From NCBI GenBank assembly GCA_019057475.1, contig DXJO01000022.1:1-64000 (forward strand): a stretch of DNA of 64,000 nt. The letters run 5' to 3'. The notes beneath the pieces are model-generated. The model was not told the origin of the DNA, searched no databases, and saw nothing but the letters and a program-made list of their open reading frames with translations. Below are positions 1 to 9,771 of the stretch, in pieces. A program made the translations under genes and the position numbers. Each line of letters opens with the position of its first letter. The first letter of the stretch is position 1. The stretch is from Candidatus Thorarchaeota archaeon. Lineage in GTDB: Archaea > Asgardarchaeota > Thorarchaeia > Thorarchaeales > Thorarchaeaceae.

Positions 1-110
1 TGCAGACCCCAGTTGTAAGCAAAACGCGCACACCCGGCATGTTGAGAGAGCCTGGTCCTCTGCTGGTTGTTTGGGTCCAGTTCATATTTGAAGGCCCTGA
101 CAATCAGCAT
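1..110 (-). mobile_element. tnpB: 5' end of IS200/IS605-family TnpB (RNA-guided nuclease) gene, truncated by window edge; probably tnpB-only (IS1341-like)
   Basis: Manual translation from ATG at 110: MLIVRAFKYELDPNNQQRTRLSQHAGCARFAYNWGL, the typical TnpB N-terminus (xAYKYxLxP...GxxRFxYNxxL); GGTG SD-like element upstream; no tnpA ORF immediately upstream. Confidence 0.85.
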
Positions 111-266
111 TGAACATCCACACCACTCAATCCTGAGCAGTATGTTTTAACCACCTACAAAATGTCTAAGATTGTGCAAGTTCTTGGAAGCTGCTGCATC
201 CCCCAAGAGAACAACTATTAAGCACACGTAGACCGACTTAGCTGGCCAATACTGGAGGCACACTCT

Positions 267-479
267 GTGACTGACTGGAAGAATGTATTCCAAGAACTGA
301 AGGGAACCGGGGCTACTTTTACTGTCTACCTGCGATACATGCAGAAAGACACTCTGGCGAAGATTCCTAACGTAAGAGTCAAGGAAATTTACGATGACCA
401 TGTCAATCTAGAGAACCCGAGTGGGTTTGGAATCCTTGGCTATGAGGACATACTTTACCTGTCAATTCCCCGACAATAG
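267..479 (+). CDS. Small hypothetical protein, possible Sm/Hfq-like beta-barrel
   Basis: 70-aa ORF with GGAGG SD; N-terminal helix followed by short beta strands (TFTVYL...RVKEIYDDHVNLE...ILYLSI). Fold call is inference. Confidence 0.6.
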   Translation: MTDWKNVFQELKGTGATFTVYLRYMQKDTLAKIPNVRVKEIYDDHVNLENPSGFGILGYEDILYLSIPRQ

Positions 480-523
480 CATCCTCGTCTTTTTAGGATT
501 CATCTCTTGGCTACGCCACACCT

Positions 524-2425
524 TCAAAGACTTGGTGCATATTTCTTTGTCCATTCTAGGGACAGTGAACGTATTTTCTTCTCAGTAGGCAAACCAGTTT
601 CCAAGTCCCAACCTCTGAGCCGGTAGTAGTCGTCCAACATCGGCTCAAGATCTACGGTCTGTCCCTTACCTGGCCCCTCGGGCATTGGTTCATGGGTGAA
701 CCGCTTCGGAAGCTTGTCATCAGCTCTAGTGATTCCCTCTCGTGCATTGAAGAGTCGTTTGAGGGTTACCTGTCTTTCCGCGATCTTTGTAAGGTTCTTG
801 ACATCTCCGAACGACTTCTCACCAGTAGCTAGAGGCAACATCTCCGCGAAATCTTCCATCCAGAAGATGGGAGGCCATGACACAGAATACCAACAGACAA
901 TGAGAGTATCTCGAATGCAGTAGGCGTTCTCGCTCTCAACCACCGCTGTGGCCTTGTACTTCTCAGTATACGGGTCAATGATTTCGGGAAGCTTGTCTGC
1001 ACCCCATCTATCGGCAGCAACTTTTTCGTAGCCAAGCTGATCGACGACAACAAGGCTCCGGAGGTGATCTGCACCTCGAGCTCCTGTCGCATGCCCTAGG
1101 GCAATGCTGCGATGTGTACGCCCGTCCTGCCCAGAAACCTCAAGACCCTTGACATGGATTGCATACTGCTCAGTTCCTCGTCCCAACCGCTTTGCAGCAG
1201 CCCGACTTCCCTCTGCTAAGATATCGCCAAAGCCTTCTCGCTTGCCCATCATCTCCAGTAATTTGATGACAGTTTGGCCGTCACCCCATTCCAGTTGAAG
1301 CCCACCAGTGTCTTTCGTGGTGATTAAATCGTTCTCGAATGCCTCGAACGCAAAACCAATTGTCGCTCCAGCAGAGATAGTATCCATCCCATATCGATTG
1401 CAGATCTGGTTCGCTTTTAGAGTGGTGGGATAATCTGCAATGCCAAGACTGCTGCCAAATGCCATCAACCCTTCGTACTCCGGTCCTTCCCCCAATGTAC
1501 CAGCAAATGGACCTTCACGAACATAGTTCATCTTCTTGCAGCCAAGACTGCAACCGAAACAGGCCCTATCGGAGATTGTGTACCTTGGGCGTATGTAGTC
1601 CCCGCTCAGCTTCTCCCATCCGGGGAACACGCCAGTGCGATGATTGTAAGTTGGAAGCTCGCCTATCTCCTGTTTCACAGCAGTAAGAATCCAAGTTCCC
1701 CACTTCCCCATCTCCTGAGCCTGTGGATTCATTCGGACCCTCCTGTGCGCCGCTTTTGCGAGCTTAGTAAACGCTTCATGGTCGCTAACTTCAACGGCTC
1801 CATGACCTCTTATTGCGATGGCTTTCACGTTTTTCGCACCGAGGACTGCCCCCATGCCAGTCCTTCCAGCGGCTCGAGCATTGTTTATGATAAGAGCCGA
1901 GAATCGAACCTTCCTTTCACCGGCTGGACCCACGGCAGCTATCTGGATGCCTGGATCGCGATGTTCCTTCTTGATGGCAGCAGTAACCTTATGGGTCTTC
2001 ATTCCCCAGAACTTGCTGGCATCCAGAATCTGCAAGTTCGAATCCTCGATTAGAACGTAGACAGGTTTGTCGGACTGACCTTCGATGACCAACATGTCGT
2101 ATCCGGCATACTTCAGTTCGGGCCCAATGAAGCCGCCTACGTGACTTTCCCCCCATATTCCCGTTTGGGCTGCCTTTGACACAAACACTGTGCGCCCGCT
2201 CATCGGCCAAAGAGTTCCTGTTATCGGACCGGTGCTCATGATCAGCTTGTTGTGGCTACTAAGTGGGTCACATCCTGCGGGTACTTCTTCGTACAGCAGT
2301 TTCGCTGCGAAACCGTCACCGCCTATGTAGTCCCGTATCCATTCCATGGGTAATTTGTCAACCTTGAAGTCCCCTTCGCCAAGCTGGACTCTGAGAATGC
2401 GTCCCGTGTAGCCACCAGCTGCCAA
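524..2425 (-). CDS. aor: Aldehyde:ferredoxin oxidoreductase (W/Mo AOR family)
   Basis: GYTGRILRV, GGDGFAAKLL, AAGRTGMGAVLGAKNVKAI, CxxCxxxC, GPEYE, RLFNAREG...DKLPKRF, YYRLRGWD motifs. Confidence 0.95.
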   Translation of the reverse strand: MAAGGYTGRILRVQLGEGDFKVDKLPMEWIRDYIGGDGFAAKLLYEEVPAGCDPLSSHNKLIMSTGPITGTLWPMSGRTVFVSKAAQTGIWGESHVGGFIGPELKYAGYDMLVIEGQSDKPVYVLIEDSNLQILDASKFWGMKTHKVTAAIKKEHRDPGIQIAAVGPAGERKVRFSALIINNARAAGRTGMGAVLGAKNVKAIAIRGHGAVEVSDHEAFTKLAKAAHRRVRMNPQAQEMGKWGTWILTAVKQEIGELPTYNHRTGVFPGWEKLSGDYIRPRYTISDRACFGCSLGCKKMNYVREGPFAGTLGEGPEYEGLMAFGSSLGIADYPTTLKANQICNRYGMDTISAGATIGFAFEAFENDLITTKDTGGLQLEWGDGQTVIKLLEMMGKREGFGDILAEGSRAAAKRLGRGTEQYAIHVKGLEVSGQDGRTHRSIALGHATGARGADHLRSLVVVDQLGYEKVAADRWGADKLPEIIDPYTEKYKATAVVESENAYCIRDTLIVCWYSVSWPPIFWMEDFAEMLPLATGEKSFGDVKNLTKIAERQVTLKRLFNAREGITRADDKLPKRFTHEPMPEGPGKGQTVDLEPMLDDYYRLRGWDLETGLPTEKKIRSLSLEWTKKYAPSL

Positions 2426-2426
2426 T

Positions 2427-2990
2427 CTAAGACCCTCCGCCGGACGACTGTGTCTCTGCGCTGTGTTCTATCTCTCTTAGATAACTTACAACCTTGCCAT
2501 GGCGTTCGAATGTTGTGGCACTGGATATGGGCCCATATTGAATTGCGCCGGTCGGGCAGACCTTGGCACACTCGGGGTCCCCACCGCAGTGGTCGCACTT
2601 GATGATGCGCATTTCCGTTGTATCCAACAGAATGACTCCATTGACACAGGCACCAACACAGGATTTGCAGAGAATGCACTTGTCATGGTCGAGGAAGACC
2701 ATCTTAGATATAGGATCTCGCCTCATGGCGTATACGGGACACACCTCAACACAGGGGGCCTCCTCACAAGGCCCGCAAACATTAGGTATGTCAATGCCCA
2801 AGTCGTCGTATCGAAGTATCTTGAGCCGAGCTAAGCTTGGCTGAAAGCGGCCTTCGTGTTCTGCGGAACAAGCTAGCTCACAGATTCTGCATCCAGTACA
2901 TTTCGTATAATCAACTGTCAGCTGTGATGGCAGCCACACCACCTCGGGGGAGCGCACTTGCATGTGTTTGTACGCTAAAAGCTTTGGCAA
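2427..2990 (-). CDS. 4Fe-4S dicluster ferredoxin-like subunit of AOR
   Basis: Four Cys-rich CxxCxxCxxxC/CP clusters; 1 nt from aor. Confidence 0.92.
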   Translation of the reverse strand: MPKLLAYKHMQVRSPEVVWLPSQLTVDYTKCTGCRICELACSAEHEGRFQPSLARLKILRYDDLGIDIPNVCGPCEEAPCVEVCPVYAMRRDPISKMVFLDHDKCILCKSCVGACVNGVILLDTTEMRIIKCDHCGGDPECAKVCPTGAIQYGPISSATTFERHGKVVSYLREIEHSAETQSSGGGS

Positions 2991-3054
2991 TCAGCAAATG
3001 TCAGCTGAACAATTTATTAGGCTATCAAGTTGCTAGAAATCCAAGGTATTAACT

Positions 3055-3306
3055 ATGAGCACCCCCGAGAAGAAAGCTAAGAAGAAGGACAACTACCTGG
3101 AGATTGAGTTTCAGCTTGGAGACCTGAAGTTCGCGGCGAGAGGAAAGACTCTCAATGTGGAACGGAATTTCAGGATGCTCATTGACTTGGTTGAGGATGG
3201 TAAGCTCAACTTGAGCATGACAGAACAGCTTGAAGAAACGATTGAGGAACTTGGCGAACCTTTGGAGAAGGAAGCGGAACTGGATCCTGCGCCCTCATGG
3301 GAATAA
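3055..3306 (+). CDS. Hypothetical protein
   Basis: 83-aa ORF with plausible composition and acidic tail; divergent from aor operon. Confidence 0.65.
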   Translation: MSTPEKKAKKKDNYLEIEFQLGDLKFAARGKTLNVERNFRMLIDLVEDGKLNLSMTEQLEETIEELGEPLEKEAELDPAPSWE

Positions 3307-3412
3307 ATAAGCTAGAGGTTTTCTCCCAAGGTACTGTCTAGAAAAGGCAGAAAGCCAAAACGAAAAAGGAAATGCACACACAAACACAATGCATCAGAGA
3401 ATTCCTTAAGAG

Positions 3413-4054
3413 ATGCACTTAGCTAATGACGGGTTGATTTTGATGAGTCACGGTGACGGAATGCGGCACGACGATGAGGGCCCATACTATCTTGAGCCTA
3501 GCGAGGTGGTTTCACAGTACAGTGTGGAATGGATAGCGCTCAGGCAATCGTATGGGGAAGTGAAAGCAAAACTCAGTGCTGTGCAGAGTCAACTCACGGA
3601 GCTAGATCTCAAGCTGCAAAAGGGCGTGATAGACGATGACGCTCATCTAGAGCAGTATCGAGAGCTATGGCGCACTTCAACGCAGATTGTCCAGGTGAAA
3701 AGAGAGGTTGAAGGACGTCTTTATGAAATCCAGCGAGATATTAGAGCTGCCAACAGAAAACCAAAGGAACTGGAAGCGGACAGATTTAGGCGTGAACACA
3801 TTGAGCAAGAAAAGAACAACGCAATGATTGAATGGATGGGACTCAAGCCAAGTTTCGACCTAATCGCGGAAAGGCGGAAGGAAATCGCTTTGGAGATGAA
3901 CAAGATTGAATTGCAGAGAAGAAACCACGAAATCGCCGATGAAGATTATAGGCGTCTGAAGGTCGATCAGATAAGCCAGCTCGCCCAACTGAGGACTGTG
4001 GAAACTGACGTTAAGGGTCGTCTAAACGAGCTACTTGATGTAATCAGAAAGTAA
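3413..4054 (+). CDS. Coiled-coil protein with two internal repeats (possible CdvA-like helical region)
   Basis: Halves align: EWIALRQSY...KGVIDDDAH...VEGRLYEI vs EWMGLKPSF...NHEIADEDY...VKGRLNEL. Confidence 0.7.
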   Translation: MHLANDGLILMSHGDGMRHDDEGPYYLEPSEVVSQYSVEWIALRQSYGEVKAKLSAVQSQLTELDLKLQKGVIDDDAHLEQYRELWRTSTQIVQVKREVEGRLYEIQRDIRAANRKPKELEADRFRREHIEQEKNNAMIEWMGLKPSFDLIAERRKEIALEMNKIELQRRNHEIADEDYRRLKVDQISQLAQLRTVETDVKGRLNELLDVIRK

Positions 4055-4080
4055 CGATATCAAACGACATGTGCACTCTC

Positions 4081-4129
4081 AAAAAGGCATAGAAAAAGAG
4101 AGTGCAGAGCCCCCGTGATGGGGGCCTGC
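4081..4129 (-). terminator. Hairpin + U-tract terminator of gdhA
   Basis: GCAG-AGCCCCC-GTGAT-GGGGGC-CTGC stem (4104-4129) followed on - strand by T-rich runs. Confidence 0.6.
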
Positions 4130-4138
4130 CATTTCATT

Positions 4139-5485
4139 CTAGGACAAGTAGCCCATTGCAATCATGGAATCGGCAACCTTCAGGAAGCCTCCAATGTTTG
4201 CACCTAGGACATAGTTGCCCTTGTCACCGAACTTCTCTGAGGTTTCGTAGGCAATCTGGTGAATGTTCACCATGATCTGATGCAGCTTGGCATCAACCTC
4301 TTCACGCGTCCAGAAGAATCGCATGCTGTTCTGAGCCATCTCAAGGCCAGAAGTTGAAACACCACCTGCGTTTGCAGCCTTGCCTGGTGCGTACAGGACC
4401 TTGGCCTCTTGGAATATCTCTACAGCCTCAGGAACACAGGGCATGTTGGCGCCTTCTCCAACGGCAATTACGCCATTGTCGACAAGTGCTTTAGCCTCCT
4501 TTGCGTCAACCTCGTTCTGGGTTGCGCTGGGCAGGGATATATCACACTTAAGGCTCCAAGGACTGCCTTTGGCGGAATAGTCCACCTTGAAATGCTCTGC
4601 ATATTCCTTGATGCGTCCTCTGCGGACATTCTTGAGGTCCATGACCCATGCGAGCTTTTTCGCATCGATGCCATCTGGATCGTGAATCCATCCGCTCGAG
4701 TCGCTCAAGGATATGACTTTCGCCCCAAGCTGGGTGCATTTCTCAGTAGCGAACTGAGCGACGTTGCCTGAGCCAGATACACAAACGGTTTTACCCTTCA
4801 TGTCATCCTTACGAGTCTTCAGCATCTCCTGCACAAAGTAGACTGTACCATAGCCTGTGGCCTCGGGACGAATCAACGAACCGCCAAAGGTCCGACCCTT
4901 TCCGGTGAGTACACATGTGCCGTGGAGATTTGTGATCTTTCCGTATGCACCATATAGATAGCCGATCTCACGAGCGCCAACACCGATGTCTCCAGCGGGA
5001 ACGTCGATGAATTGGCCCACATGCCTGTAAAGCTCCATCATGAAGCTGGTGCAGAAATTCTCCACTTCAGAGTCGGTCTTGCCCTTAGGATTGAAGTCTG
5101 AACCACCCTTAGCACCACCCATTGGCAGGCCAGTAAGGCTGTTCTTGAATGTCTGCTCAAAGCCTAAGAACTTCAATAAGCCTTGTGTGACCGACGGATG
5201 TAACCTCAGACCGCCCTTGTAGGGGCCAATTGCTGAGTTGTACTGAATCCTGAAACCCCGATTAAGTTGTATTATGCCATCCCGATCCTTCCAAGGTATG
5301 CGGAACTGAATGATCCGCTCTGGCTCGACAATCCTCTCAAGAATTGCGAATTCCTTGTACTTGGGGAACTTCTTGATGGCAGGTTCCAATGTTTCAAGAA
5401 CCTCAAGCACGGCCTGATGGAAAACAGGCTGATCGGGGTCCTTCTCTTTAATACCTTCATAAACACTCTCGATGTAGCTGTCCAT
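4139..5485 (-). CDS. gdhA: NADP-specific glutamate dehydrogenase
   Basis: GPYKGGLR, GGAKGGSDF, DVPAGDIGVG, RPEATGYG, GSGNVA, PGKAANAGGV. Confidence 0.96.
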   Translation of the reverse strand: MDSYIESVYEGIKEKDPDQPVFHQAVLEVLETLEPAIKKFPKYKEFAILERIVEPERIIQFRIPWKDRDGIIQLNRGFRIQYNSAIGPYKGGLRLHPSVTQGLLKFLGFEQTFKNSLTGLPMGGAKGGSDFNPKGKTDSEVENFCTSFMMELYRHVGQFIDVPAGDIGVGAREIGYLYGAYGKITNLHGTCVLTGKGRTFGGSLIRPEATGYGTVYFVQEMLKTRKDDMKGKTVCVSGSGNVAQFATEKCTQLGAKVISLSDSSGWIHDPDGIDAKKLAWVMDLKNVRRGRIKEYAEHFKVDYSAKGSPWSLKCDISLPSATQNEVDAKEAKALVDNGVIAVGEGANMPCVPEAVEIFQEAKVLYAPGKAANAGGVSTSGLEMAQNSMRFFWTREEVDAKLHQIMVNIHQIAYETSEKFGDKGNYVLGANIGGFLKVADSMIAMGYLS

Positions 5486-5598
5486 TGGTCCTCACTCACC
5501 ATGATGTGTTTGACGAGTGCGCCCCCATTCCATCCGATAGATAAATTCATCGGAACACACCCCATGGCTTCCGGTTTCGTTGGGGCTGAACCTTCATC

Positions 5599-6336
5599 TT
5601 ACTGAATAGACCCATCGGGTGAGTCATCCTTTTCAGTTCTGCCATAGCCCAATCGATCCCTTTCGCGTGAAGGAGCTGTGGAATTTGGCGTCCTCTCACT
5701 TGAGATGTCTTTATCACACTCCGGACACAAGAGAGCATGGGTTTCTCTCACTTCAACTATCTTGCCACAGGAGATGCAGGTCCATAGTCCGGACTGAAAC
5801 ATCCTCGTCTTTCGAAAGACAGATCTTGCCATTCCGCGGAGTTCAACGGGACAGTCTGCGGCAACACCTCTCATCCCTCCTGCCGACCACTCACAGACAA
5901 TGGAAACGAGCGTTGTCGTTAACTCAATCATTCTTGTTGTCAGGTCCTCAATCTCATGCGAGGTCTCAGACTTGATGTCATGACGGGTATCAGGCACATC
6001 GGCGAGAATCTCCAAGAATGCAAAGAATGCCGGAACAGGGAAACGGTCTTTTTCTGTAGACTCCACCATCTGTGCCAACACTGCGGAAATCATGAGCGTT
6101 TGGGTGTAGTCTTCTCGGAGAATCTTGTCAATAGCTCTCACGATGGCCTGGGAGTCTAGCGAATACTTGGAGGAATCGAGTGCACTCTCCTTTGCGATAT
6201 TCTCTATAGCTTGCTTCAGGCCATTCCCTGTTGCCATCGCTTGATTGATTCTCTTCGCCACATCTCGATACGACACTCCAGCGTCATCTGCGAGCTTCTG
6301 TAAGACATCGCGGGCAGTCAAACTCAACGTCTTCAC
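5599..6336 (-). CDS. Hypothetical helical protein with C-terminal zinc ribbon
   Basis: WTCISCG...LCPECD motif; 245-aa ORF. Confidence 0.7.
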   Translation of the reverse strand: MKTLSLTARDVLQKLADDAGVSYRDVAKRINQAMATGNGLKQAIENIAKESALDSSKYSLDSQAIVRAIDKILREDYTQTLMISAVLAQMVESTEKDRFPVPAFFAFLEILADVPDTRHDIKSETSHEIEDLTTRMIELTTTLVSIVCEWSAGGMRGVAADCPVELRGMARSVFRKTRMFQSGLWTCISCGKIVEVRETHALLCPECDKDISSERTPNSTAPSRERDRLGYGRTEKDDSPDGSIQ

Positions 6337-6431
6337 GTACCTGTGGGGGCACGGTACAGTGGCACGACAATCATTTTAGGTTGTCGCAGATAGTATTGAG
6401 AGCGTACCAGGATTTCAGAGGATGAACATTC

Positions 6432-6977
6432 ATGATGTTATCGGATGTGGACATCGAGAAAGCGATTGAGAAAGGAGCAATTCGTATTGAACCATTTGAC
6501 CCCGATGCGTTAGGGCCTTGTAGCATTGACTTGAAGCTCGATTCCGTCTTCAGGTTATACAATCCGGGGTCTCCGGTGGATATAGCGTCCGGACACGACC
6601 TGGGAAAGGATACCAGACTCATCGATACAAAAGGGGAACCATTCATGATACTGCCGGGGCAGTTCGTCCTTGGCCAAACCGTGGAGCATCTTGCTATTTC
6701 ACATGAATATGCCGCTCTTCTAGAAGGCCGCTCAAGTGTAGCAAGGCTGGGGATAATCGTCCACGCTGCAGGGTTAGTTAATCCAGGGACAGGGACTGAG
6801 AAACCTGGAAGGCTCACGCTAGAGATATTCTGTGAGAACCTGAGTCCCGTGATGCTTCATCCAGGAATGCGGATTGTTCAGATTATGTTCATTCCTCTGA
6901 GTAGCCCCGCCAGAGTCGGATATGATGATAGACGGGGGAGTCGCTATGTGGGTCAAGAAGAACCCGAGATTCGGTAG
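6432..6977 (+). CDS. dcd: dCTP deaminase
   Basis: MLSDxDI, SIDLKL, GRSSVARLG, LTLEI, GMRIVQ, YxGQ motifs. Confidence 0.9.
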   Translation: MMLSDVDIEKAIEKGAIRIEPFDPDALGPCSIDLKLDSVFRLYNPGSPVDIASGHDLGKDTRLIDTKGEPFMILPGQFVLGQTVEHLAISHEYAALLEGRSSVARLGIIVHAAGLVNPGTGTEKPGRLTLEIFCENLSPVMLHPGMRIVQIMFIPLSSPARVGYDDRRGSRYVGQEEPEIR

Positions 6978-7031
6978 TTGGGCACAAGTCTCATATAGGC
7001 GCAATCTCCGCAGACAGCCCGGTGGTCATCC

Positions 7032-8018
7032 ATGAAAGACTACGACGTGATACTGGCGAGTGGTGCAGAGCATCTCCGCGAGAGATTTAGAGACCTAGGA
7101 TTCAGGGTTTTCTCTTCTGACTGGAACTACGATGGACGCAGGCTTTTCCCTAACACTGACCTGTACGCGAGAATCGCTGAAGTCCACAAACTAGCGAACC
7201 GGAAAGTTGTCGTCATTCAGAATTGCACTGGGTCGGGTCCTGCAGAACAAGAACCTCGGACCACATCAGACCGTATTGTTGAGATTCTCCTATTGCTAGA
7301 TATACTACGGGCACCAGTTGATGTCGACAAAAGAGGCCATAAGGAGTACAAGACCACTCCAATTCCACCGCCATCAAGCGTGGAAGTCGTATTGACATAC
7401 CAACCCTTCGCTTTGCAGGATAAGGCGTTCCTGACTGGTGAGGCATCGTCAAGCAGATGGGCAATAGAAGAGATCTCCAAGGCGTGCAATAAGGTATGGG
7501 TAGTAAACCCACATGCCGTTGAAACCATTGATTGGATGCAGAAATTGCAGGATCGGGACTTGCTCGAAATCATTGATGTCATACCCGACCTCATTGAATT
7601 CGCTGTGACCCAGTTTGGCTTTGATGATTATATTGTCGTTACACCTGACGAAGGGGGTCAGGAACGGTTCAAGGTTGCCGGTTTCGGCAAGAGTAGGAAG
7701 AATTCCTTCACGGTAGAGCTGTCTGGCGATGTCGATGTATCCGATCGGAATGTACTCATTGTTGATGACCTCACAAAAACCGGAAGCACGCTAATCAAAG
7801 CGCGCGCGCGATTGAAGAAGATGAAGGCCAAGAATATCGGGCTTGTTGTTGCACATACTCTGCCAATCATGAAACGTGGCGAAGAACTTCTGGAGAAGCT
7901 CATCTCCAAGAGCAAAGGGCGGATTGTCGCCACCAACACCATTCACACACGTTGTTTCTGTCACAACAACCCGGCGCTTACGTTTAACATCGTCGATTCG
8001 CTTGTGAAGGCAATCTAG
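7032..8018 (+). CDS. Divergent ribose-phosphate pyrophosphokinase-like / type I PRTase
   Basis: VLIVDDLTKTGSTL PRPP motif, VTPDEGG, LQDKAFLTGE (RQD-like loop), TNTI. Confidence 0.75.
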   Translation: MKDYDVILASGAEHLRERFRDLGFRVFSSDWNYDGRRLFPNTDLYARIAEVHKLANRKVVVIQNCTGSGPAEQEPRTTSDRIVEILLLLDILRAPVDVDKRGHKEYKTTPIPPPSSVEVVLTYQPFALQDKAFLTGEASSSRWAIEEISKACNKVWVVNPHAVETIDWMQKLQDRDLLEIIDVIPDLIEFAVTQFGFDDYIVVTPDEGGQERFKVAGFGKSRKNSFTVELSGDVDVSDRNVLIVDDLTKTGSTLIKARARLKKMKAKNIGLVVAHTLPIMKRGEELLEKLISKSKGRIVATNTIHTRCFCHNNPALTFNIVDSLVKAI

Positions 8019-8100
8019 ACAGTGGCTTTAGATTCGTCAGGCTCTGGAGCGAGAGAAAAGACATAATTAGCCAAGAGTATAGACTTCCAACGTCGTGTAG

Positions 8101-9768
8101 GTGTTCATCATGGTTCGACAGCTTGCATTGGACTTTGTGTATGGAAAGCAGGATTCAAGGCCCAAATCTGAAAGCGTTGGCTTAGCATTGGCTTTCGCCT
8201 TGGCGGAATCAAGCAAAGGAACACGGAAGAGGATTGCCAGCCTAAGTCAAACATCTATACCATACTGGATCGTCCAGGTTTCGGGAAGCAGTTCAATTCT
8301 ACTTGCTGCCGCTGGAGAACCTTCGCAGTCGATTACCTTCACAGAGAGTCCAGCATCAGGAGAGATTCGTCGAGTACTCAGCACTGAGATTACTGAAGCA
8401 AAGCAGATACCTGAAGCAGTAAGCAATCTGCTGACGCTTCTTGACAAAATCGAGCTTGTCACTCATCGAATAAGGAACCTGGAAAAACCGGGTCCGTTCA
8501 CTGCGCAGGGCAAGATGGTTGTGGAGATAGACCCGTCAGCTCAGCCTAATCGGCTGGAGATAAAAGTTGATTCTCAAGCAGCTCTGAACATCAGCGAAGA
8601 ATTCCAAGGTCTCACAAGCGAAGCATCATCTCGTCTAAACAGTATGGAAACCCTTCAGAAGCTTGTGGATGAGAAGATGAGGAACCAACTCAACATCATG
8701 GAGCACGTAATGGTAGCTGAAAAGGGGAAATGGGAACAGCGTGCAAGGTTGATGAAGGAAATCGCGGAGATAGAGATGGATGAGCTGAAAAAGAAGAGGG
8801 AAGATCAGATCTATGAACTCGAAGATAAACACAAGATGGATCTTCGCGCCATGACAGCGGACTTTGCAAGAGCTATTGCAGACATTGAGCAATTCTTTGA
8901 CGGGATGATTCAGAGAGTAAGGGAAACAAGGACCAAGATTGGAAGAATGGGAGACAATGTGGAAGGAGGCATAAACGAGCAACGCTCACTCATAGATTAC
9001 CTTACAGAAACCGTTCCACAGTATACGGAAATATTGGAGAGGATGAATGAGAAGTCCGAACAAGTCCTAAAGACGATGGCGGAGTTCGAGAAAGCACTTG
9101 ATGAGAAAAGCAGAGAGACCTCTCAGGATACAGACGCGCAGATTAGTCAGCGCAAACACAGACTTGTCGATTTCGCAATGGAACAGCAACAAAGGCAGAA
9201 CGAGCTTGAAGAGTTGGATGAGAGTGCAAGGGCGGCGGTTCAGAGTATTGAGATGGCAATTGACGAGAAAGTTGTCAAACTGAAAAACGAGTTGGATGAT
9301 TTGACGACCCTAACACTTGGTAACGACTCCATTAAGGGTCTCGCGCCTCTGTCACGGTTGGATGTTGTTACCTATGTTGCATTCTATGATGATGGGAGCT
9401 TTGAGATCTTCACGCCTTGCTTCTTGCCGGAGAAGCACATAACAACTCGGGTGGGTCACATTCCAATCGATACGTCGTTTGATGACCATATCAAGAGGGC
9501 AATAGCCAACTGGGAGAAAGCAGACTCATCTTTTGCAGACAGCTTCAAGAGAGCCTGCACGCGGGGCAATACCCTGATGAAAGATGGCGCAGAAGCCTTA
9601 CTACTGGATGGCCTGAATGAACTCCAAAGAAAACACCTGCTTCAAGAAGACACCAAGGAGAAAATGAAAAACCTCTGGCAGAAATATGCCGCTAGGTGTC
9701 CCGAATGCGGAGCGAAGATAGAATCAAAGGCCAAGTTCTGTCAGAGCTGTGGTGCAGTGAATATCTAG
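8101..9768 (+). CDS. Long coiled-coil protein with C-terminal zinc ribbon
   Basis: About 250 aa heptad-rich core; CPECG...KFCQSCG zinc ribbon. Confidence 0.8.
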   Translation: MFIMVRQLALDFVYGKQDSRPKSESVGLALAFALAESSKGTRKRIASLSQTSIPYWIVQVSGSSSILLAAAGEPSQSITFTESPASGEIRRVLSTEITEAKQIPEAVSNLLTLLDKIELVTHRIRNLEKPGPFTAQGKMVVEIDPSAQPNRLEIKVDSQAALNISEEFQGLTSEASSRLNSMETLQKLVDEKMRNQLNIMEHVMVAEKGKWEQRARLMKEIAEIEMDELKKKREDQIYELEDKHKMDLRAMTADFARAIADIEQFFDGMIQRVRETRTKIGRMGDNVEGGINEQRSLIDYLTETVPQYTEILERMNEKSEQVLKTMAEFEKALDEKSRETSQDTDAQISQRKHRLVDFAMEQQQRQNELEELDESARAAVQSIEMAIDEKVVKLKNELDDLTTLTLGNDSIKGLAPLSRLDVVTYVAFYDDGSFEIFTPCFLPEKHITTRVGHIPIDTSFDDHIKRAIANWEKADSSFADSFKRACTRGNTLMKDGAEALLLDGLNELQRKHLLQEDTKEKMKNLWQKYAARCPECGAKIESKAKFCQSCGAVNI

Positions 9769-9771
9769 CAC

